Positions 59,534-64,000 of a stretch of 64,000 nucleotides of DNA are shown here, piece by piece. The notes beneath the pieces are model-generated. The model was not told the DNA's origin and ran no database searches. It saw only the letters and a list, made by a program, of their open reading frames with translations. Source of the stretch: an uncultured Gammaproteobacteria bacterium (GTDB lineage Bacteria; Patescibacteriota; Microgenomatia; 2-02-FULL-39-11); the NCBI GenBank assembly GCA_964544585.1, contig CAZJBV010000002.1, positions 67,468 through 131,467 on the forward strand, written 5' to 3'. The stretch's first letter is position 1, and every line of letters starts with the position of its first letter. The position numbers and the translations under genes are program-made.

Positions 59534-60865
59534 ATGGATCTCATGGATAAAATAGTTTCACTTGCAAAGCGCCGGGGATTTATATATCCCGGATCAGAAA
59601 TCTATGGTGGATTATCCAATTCTTGGGATTACGGTCCCGTAGGTACCGAGCTCAAAAAAAATATCAAAGATCTCTGGTGGAAGACCTACGTTCACAGAAG
59701 AGATGACATTGTCGGCATTGATGCCGCCCTCATCATGAATCCCAAAGTCTGGGAAGCCTCGGGTCATATCGAGGGTTTTGTTGATCCGCTCAGAGAATGT
59801 AAAGTTTGCCACAAAAGATTTCGTGAAGATGCCTTTGACCCCGAAAATCCAGTTTTTATCTGTCTTGACGGAAAGCCCCACAAAAAAGAAAATTTGACAG
59901 AAACAAAGAATTTTAACCTTATGTTTAAAACTTTTGTCGGTCCAACAGAGGATTCGGAATCAAAAGCTTTTCTTCGTCCCGAGACAGCTCAGGCTATGTT
60001 TGTGGACTTTCAAAATGTATTGTCTACCCACCCCAAAAAACTTCCATTTGGTATCGCCCAAATAGGAAAAGCCTTCAGAAATGAAATAACCACCGGCCAT
60101 TTTCTTTTTAGACTTCGTGAGTTTGAACAAATGGAAATAGAATATTTCATCAGACCTCCGCAAAAAGAGGCCGAATGGCAAAATCATTTTGAAACTTGGC
60201 GAAAAGCAATGTGGGACTGGTTTACTCTCGTTGGAATTGATAAATCAAAAGTCAAAGAGCATGAAATTCCGGATGGTGAACGCGCCCATTACTCAAAAAG
60301 GACCATAGATTTTGAGTTTGAATACCCCTTTGGTTTGAAAGAACTTTACGGTCTAGCATACCGGACCGATTATGACCTCTCCCGCCACCAAAAATATTCA
60401 GGAAGAGATCTGACCTATACAGACCAGGAAACCGCAGAGAAATTTATTCCCCATGTCATCGAACCAACGTGGGGCGTAGACAGGACTATACTGGCAATAC
60501 TTCTATCTTCCTATTTCGAAGATGGAAAAAGGATTGTATTGAGGCTTCCTTCCCAAATTGCACCATATAAAGCTGCAATCTTTCCACTTGTTGCCAACAA
60601 GGAAGATCTAGTAGCTAAAGCTCGGTCCGTTTACGAGAAAATGAAAAAATCCTTGATGGTAGTTTGGGATGACCGGGGAAACATCGGCAAACGCTATTTT
60701 GCCCAGGATGAGATCGGTACCCCCTTCTGTTTGACTATTGACTATACGACATTGGATGATGATACAATAACAATACGTCATAGAGACACAACAAAGCAAG
60801 AAAGAATAAAAATTGATAAAGTAAAAGACTATATAGACAAAAACATCAATCTGTCCACCCCATGA
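59534..60865 (+). CDS. glyQS: Glycine--tRNA ligase, alpha2 type
   Basis: KRRGF...EIYGG, DYGP, LRPETAQ, GKAFRNEI, REFEQME, HVIEP, DEIGTP motifs. Confidence 0.96.
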   Translation: MDLMDKIVSLAKRRGFIYPGSEIYGGLSNSWDYGPVGTELKKNIKDLWWKTYVHRRDDIVGIDAALIMNPKVWEASGHIEGFVDPLRECKVCHKRFREDAFDPENPVFICLDGKPHKKENLTETKNFNLMFKTFVGPTEDSESKAFLRPETAQAMFVDFQNVLSTHPKKLPFGIAQIGKAFRNEITTGHFLFRLREFEQMEIEYFIRPPQKEAEWQNHFETWRKAMWDWFTLVGIDKSKVKEHEIPDGERAHYSKRTIDFEFEYPFGLKELYGLAYRTDYDLSRHQKYSGRDLTYTDQETAEKFIPHVIEPTWGVDRTILAILLSSYFEDGKRIVLRLPSQIAPYKAAIFPLVANKEDLVAKARSVYEKMKKSLMVVWDDRGNIGKRYFAQDEIGTPFCLTIDYTTLDDDTITIRHRDTTKQERIKIDKVKDYIDKNINLSTP

Positions 60866-61347
60866 TCGTCAAACTCAAAAAATTTAATGTCGTCATCGTC
60901 ATTATTGTTCTCATTGTCTTAATTATTCTAGCACTCATTATAAAAACTATTACGACCCCTAGAAGCTCATCAGACGAAGATATCACTCCTACTCCAATAG
61001 AAGCCCTTCCCACTATAGATGAAAATTCTGTTGACGTTTCGCTAGATTTTGTCGACAACAATCGCGCCATGATCCTATCAATTAAAAACATTCCCGATGC
61101 TACAGAATCAATTGACTATGAAGTCTCATATACAACAGGAGAAGGGATTCCTAAAGGCAATATTGGTACCATTCGCCTCAAGGCATCCCAAAAAGAAGTT
61201 GAAAGAAGGGGTGAAGAATTGACTCTCGGCACCTGCTCCCGCGGCCGCTGTGTTTACTATCAGGGCGTCGATAATGTAAATTTAAGCCTCAAATTCAATT
61301 TTTCCAACGGCTCCTCCGCCATCTTCCAAAAAGAATATTCTCCCTAA
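60862..61347 (+). CDS. Hypothetical single-TM protein with an LGTCSRGRC motif
   Basis: N-terminal TM, Pro/Thr linker, small beta-rich domain with a Cys pair; start overlaps the glyQS stop (ATGA). Confidence 0.75.
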   Translation: MIVKLKKFNVVIVIIVLIVLIILALIIKTITTPRSSSDEDITPTPIEALPTIDENSVDVSLDFVDNNRAMILSIKNIPDATESIDYEVSYTTGEGIPKGNIGTIRLKASQKEVERRGEELTLGTCSRGRCVYYQGVDNVNLSLKFNFSNGSSAIFQKEYSP

Positions 61348-61374
61348 ATTCATAATTCATACTTTATAATTTTA
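61347..61374. repeat. Uninterrupted AATTCAT-type heptamer array after a stop codon
   Basis: AATTCAT AATTCAT ACTTTAT AATTTTA. Confidence 0.7.
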
Positions 61375-61413
61375 AAGCCCTATCTGTAGTGCTCTAAAGC
61401 AAGCTTTAACCCC

Positions 61414-61466
61414 TTGACATCGGCCTAAAATTGGTTCATCATGGTGTAAGATGGTGAAAATTGGTT
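61414..61466 (+). promoter_or_regulatory. dcw promoter region with putative MraZ-binding direct repeats
   Basis: TTGACA at 61414; WTGGTK at 61431, 61441, 61451 and 61461 (exact 10-bp period). Confidence 0.75.
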
Positions 61467-61503
61467 AGAATAGTAGAATTTAAAGGCATTTTAATAGCGG
61501 GAT

Positions 61504-61899
61504 ATGTTTTTAGGTACATACGAGCACAATTTAATGGAGGAGGGGAGAATTGCCCTTCCTAAAAAATTAAGAAATGCACTAGGTGGACAAAGATTAATAG
61601 TCAGAATCGGTCTAGAACCATGTATCGTAGGGTTTAGAGAATCGGACTGGATAGAAAACACAAAAGGAGAGCTGGCAAGACCATTTTTTTCTGACAAAGA
61701 AGGGAGGGATATCAGAAGAAAAATATTCTCAGACGCCGAGTATGCAGAATTGGATAATCAAGGCAGGTTTGTCCTGCCGCGATCAATGATAAATCACGCC
61801 AGAATAAGAGATAAAGTTACGATAATTGGAGCCGGTGATCACTTTGAGATTTGGGAGACAAAAATTTGGCAAGCATATCAAAAGGGTTTGACCAATTAA
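61504..61899 (+). CDS. mraZ: Transcriptional regulator MraZ
   Basis: MFLGTYEH..EEGRIALP, LDNQGRFVLP, IGAGDHFEIW motifs. Confidence 0.95.
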   Translation: MFLGTYEHNLMEEGRIALPKKLRNALGGQRLIVRIGLEPCIVGFRESDWIENTKGELARPFFSDKEGRDIRRKIFSDAEYAELDNQGRFVLPRSMINHARIRDKVTIIGAGDHFEIWETKIWQAYQKGLTN

Positions 61900-61917
61900 T
61901 TTCGGATTTCACTGCCT

Positions 61918-62829
61918 ATGATCCGAAATGAAAACGAATTTCATACTCCCGTCTTACTCTCACAGGTGATTGTCGGCCTCAATATAAAAAAAGGTGGCCT
62001 TTATATAGATGCCACAATCGGAGGGGGAGGTCACACAAGAGAAATATTGCAACTTGAAGGAAAAGTATTAGGCATTGATCAAGATCCAAACGCCGTTGAA
62101 TATGTAAAAGATCATATTCAAAATCCAAATCTCCTCCTCCAAGTGGGCAATTTTAGAGATATAAAAGAAATTGCCCAAAAATTTGGCTTTAATAAAGTAG
62201 ACGGAATTTTATTTGACCTTGGCATATCGAGCTATCAGTTAGACAAGGGTAGTAAGGGATTTTCCTTTCTCAAAGATGAACCGCTCGATATGCGGATGGA
62301 TAAAAGAAGTTGGCCCGTAACAGCTGAGAAAGTGGTAAATAAATATTCTGTGAGTGAGCTTTATGACATATTTACGTTATTTGCTGAGGAAATCGATTCT
62401 CGGGATGTTTCTAAAAATATTGTTCGCGCCCGTAAAATAAAGCCGATAAAAACCACGGCAGATTTAGTTTCGGCCGCAGGTCTGGATCTAGCTAAGATTG
62501 AAGATATCGGCAAAGCTGCGCGCATTTTTCAAGCAGTGAGAATCGAGGTGAACCAGGAGTTAGAAAATTTAAAAAGGGCTATCCCAGAGGCAACGGCTCT
62601 ATTAGTTAGGGGCGGAAGATTGTTATTTATCAGCTTTCATTCCCTGGAAGATAGAATCATCAAGTTACAAATGAGAAAGGCCATGCCTGCCGGCAGGCAG
62701 GGCCTGCCTGCCGGTAGGCAGGAAAAAATTCAGGAACTGACAAAAAAACCAATAGTTCCAGATGAAAAAGAACAAAGGATAAACCCGAGATCAAGATCGG
62801 CCAAATTAAGAATCTATGAGAAAATATAG
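61918..62829 (+). CDS. rsmH: 16S rRNA m4C1402 methyltransferase RsmH with an in-frame palindrome insertion
   Basis: HTPVLL, DATIGGGGH, DLGISS, PLDMRM, FQAVRIEVN, SFHSLEDR, NPRSRSAKLR motifs. Confidence 0.96.
   Translation: MIRNENEFHTPVLLSQVIVGLNIKKGGLYIDATIGGGGHTREILQLEGKVLGIDQDPNAVEYVKDHIQNPNLLLQVGNFRDIKEIAQKFGFNKVDGILFDLGISSYQLDKGSKGFSFLKDEPLDMRMDKRSWPVTAEKVVNKYSVSELYDIFTLFAEEIDSRDVSKNIVRARKIKPIKTTADLVSAAGLDLAKIEDIGKAARIFQAVRIEVNQELENLKRAIPEATALLVRGGRLLFISFHSLEDRIIKLQMRKAMPAGRQGLPAGRQEKIQELTKKPIVPDEKEQRINPRSRSAKLRIYEKI
62682..62722. repeat. Tandem pair of 20-bp CCTGCC palindromes with a 21-bp period, inside rsmH
   Basis: CATGCCTGCCGGCAGGCAGG-G-CCTGCCTGCCGGTAGGCAGG. Confidence 0.92.
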
Positions 62830-63142
62830 CGACAAAGAAAAAGAAATAAAAAGAAGATCCCTATTACCTATAGTATTAATAATAATGGTAGTCGTTCTTG
62901 CCGTGGTACAGATGTTTATTCTCAATAGTCTTGCCACTAAAGGAGCAAAACTGACCAAAACAGAAAAAGAAGTAGAAAAGATTGCCAAAGAGAATGAACT
63001 ATTTCAGGCCAAAGTCGCTTCCTCATCATCAATGACTACAATTTTTGCCCGCGCCAAACTGCTTGGTCTTGTTAATTCTCCCGAAACCAGATCCCTGACA
63101 TCTCCTCTACCGGTAGCCCAAATTGATAAGGTCTTCAATTGA
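62816..63142 (+). CDS. ftsL: FtsL-like cell division protein
   Basis: Basic N-terminus, one TM, coiled coil, ARAKLLG motif; lies between rsmH and the PBP gene. Confidence 0.7.
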   Translation: MRKYSDKEKEIKRRSLLPIVLIIMVVVLAVVQMFILNSLATKGAKLTKTEKEVEKIAKENELFQAKVASSSSMTTIFARAKLLGLVNSPETRSLTSPLPVAQIDKVFN

Positions 63143-64000
63143 TGATGGAGAGACGAATTCGTTTAATTTTTATCTTCTTTATTCTCATTTTTATATTCAT
63201 CCTTCTTAAACTTTTCTACTGGCAAATTTTTATGTCCGATGAATTCGGAGGAGAAGCGGTAAATCAAAGAACTCGTACATTAAAGATTCCAAGTCAAAGA
63301 GGGACAATCATGTCTTCCTTCGAAACTTCAATTATCTCAAATGAAAGGGCTTATCTTCTCTATGCCGAACCAAAAAAAGTAGATGACCCAATTTTATTGA
63401 GACAAAAGTTGGCCGAACTTCTCGAGGTTGATGAGGCCTCAATAAGTAGTAATCTGGGCGACAAGAAAAAAGCCTGGGTATCAGTATGGAGAAAAGTTCC
63501 CGAGGGAAAAAAGGATAAAATCGAAAGCCAAAATCTTCAGGGAGTAGGTTTTGAGGAAGAATCAATTAGATTCTATCCCGAATCTTCCATGGCAGCTCAC
63601 CTTATGGGTTTTGTCGGTCTTGATGCCAAAGGCGATGACAAAGGCTATTTTGGCCTCGAAGGCTATTACGATAGACAATTAAGAGGAAGAGATGGCATCT
63701 TAAAGCAGGAAACAGACGCTTTTGGCCTTCCTATCCTTATGGGACTGCAAAATCGCCTAGAACCAATAGACGGCCGCTCCCTAATTCTTCATTTGGATAA
63801 AAGCGTCCAGTTTATTATCGAGGAAAAGCTTAAAAAGGCGCTAGAAAAATACGAGGCTAAAGGAGGTTGGGTAATAGTCATGGACCCCAAAACAGGCGGC
63901 ATACTTGGCATGGCCTCCTATCCCAATTATGACCCGAAAAATTATACCAGTTTTGAAAGTTTTCTCTATAAAAATCCAGTGGTGGCAGAAACCTACGAAC
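63142..64000 (+). CDS. ftsI: Class B penicillin-binding protein (FtsI-like), 3'-truncated by the window edge
   Basis: Absent from the ORF track because there is no stop in the window. Reads MMERRIRLIF...YWQ...RGTI...RFYP...GFVG...GLEGYYD...DPKTGGILGMASYP. Confidence 0.9.
   Translation, partial: MMERRIRLIFIFFILIFIFILLKLFYWQIFMSDEFGGEAVNQRTRTLKIPSQRGTIMSSFETSIISNERAYLLYAEPKKVDDPILLRQKLAELLEVDEASISSNLGDKKKAWVSVWRKVPEGKKDKIESQNLQGVGFEEESIRFYPESSMAAHLMGFVGLDAKGDDKGYFGLEGYYDRQLRGRDGILKQETDAFGLPILMGLQNRLEPIDGRSLILHLDKSVQFIIEEKLKKALEKYEAKGGWVIVMDPKTGGILGMASYPNYDPKNYTSFESFLYKNPVVAETYE

Noticed and set aside
63332-63565. 77-aa minus-strand ORF at the window end
   Set aside because: It is antisense to the open PBP reading frame that starts at 63142.
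1-64000. tRNA, rRNA, transposase, integrase, prophage or defence genes
   Set aside because: None was recognised, and nearly all intergenic gaps are too short to hold them.

Overview
AT-rich, gene-dense bacterial window, probably Patescibacteria (CPR, Microgenomates-like). That assignment is an inference from the recO-glyQS-mraZ-rsmH-ftsL-ftsI gene order, the DUF4012-like gene and the large number of GT-C genes. About 57 kb (1-56890) is one large surface-glycan locus. It holds about 9 GT2, 6 GT4, GT10 and GT11 fucosyltransferases, about 11 multi-pass GT-C-like units, a Wzx flippase, a priming phosphoglycosyl transferase, ManC, an O-antigen-ligase/GT-C fusion, five methyltransferases and a NeuB-SDR-ALDH-NeuA-transketolase module. 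Housekeeping genes and the start of the dcw cluster follow. The most unusual signal is not a gene. It is a set of tiny GC-rich repeats nested inside one another: a 36-bp CACCT-NNN-AGG...CCT-NNN-AGGTG hairpin with covarying arms, roughly 21-bp CCTGCCTGCCGGCAGGCAGG-type palindromes, and heptamer arrays. Filled and empty versions of the same host sites both occur here, and several copies lie in frame inside proteins, including RsmH. No tRNA, rRNA, CRISPR array or transposase was seen. All product calls come from motif recognition, not database searches.
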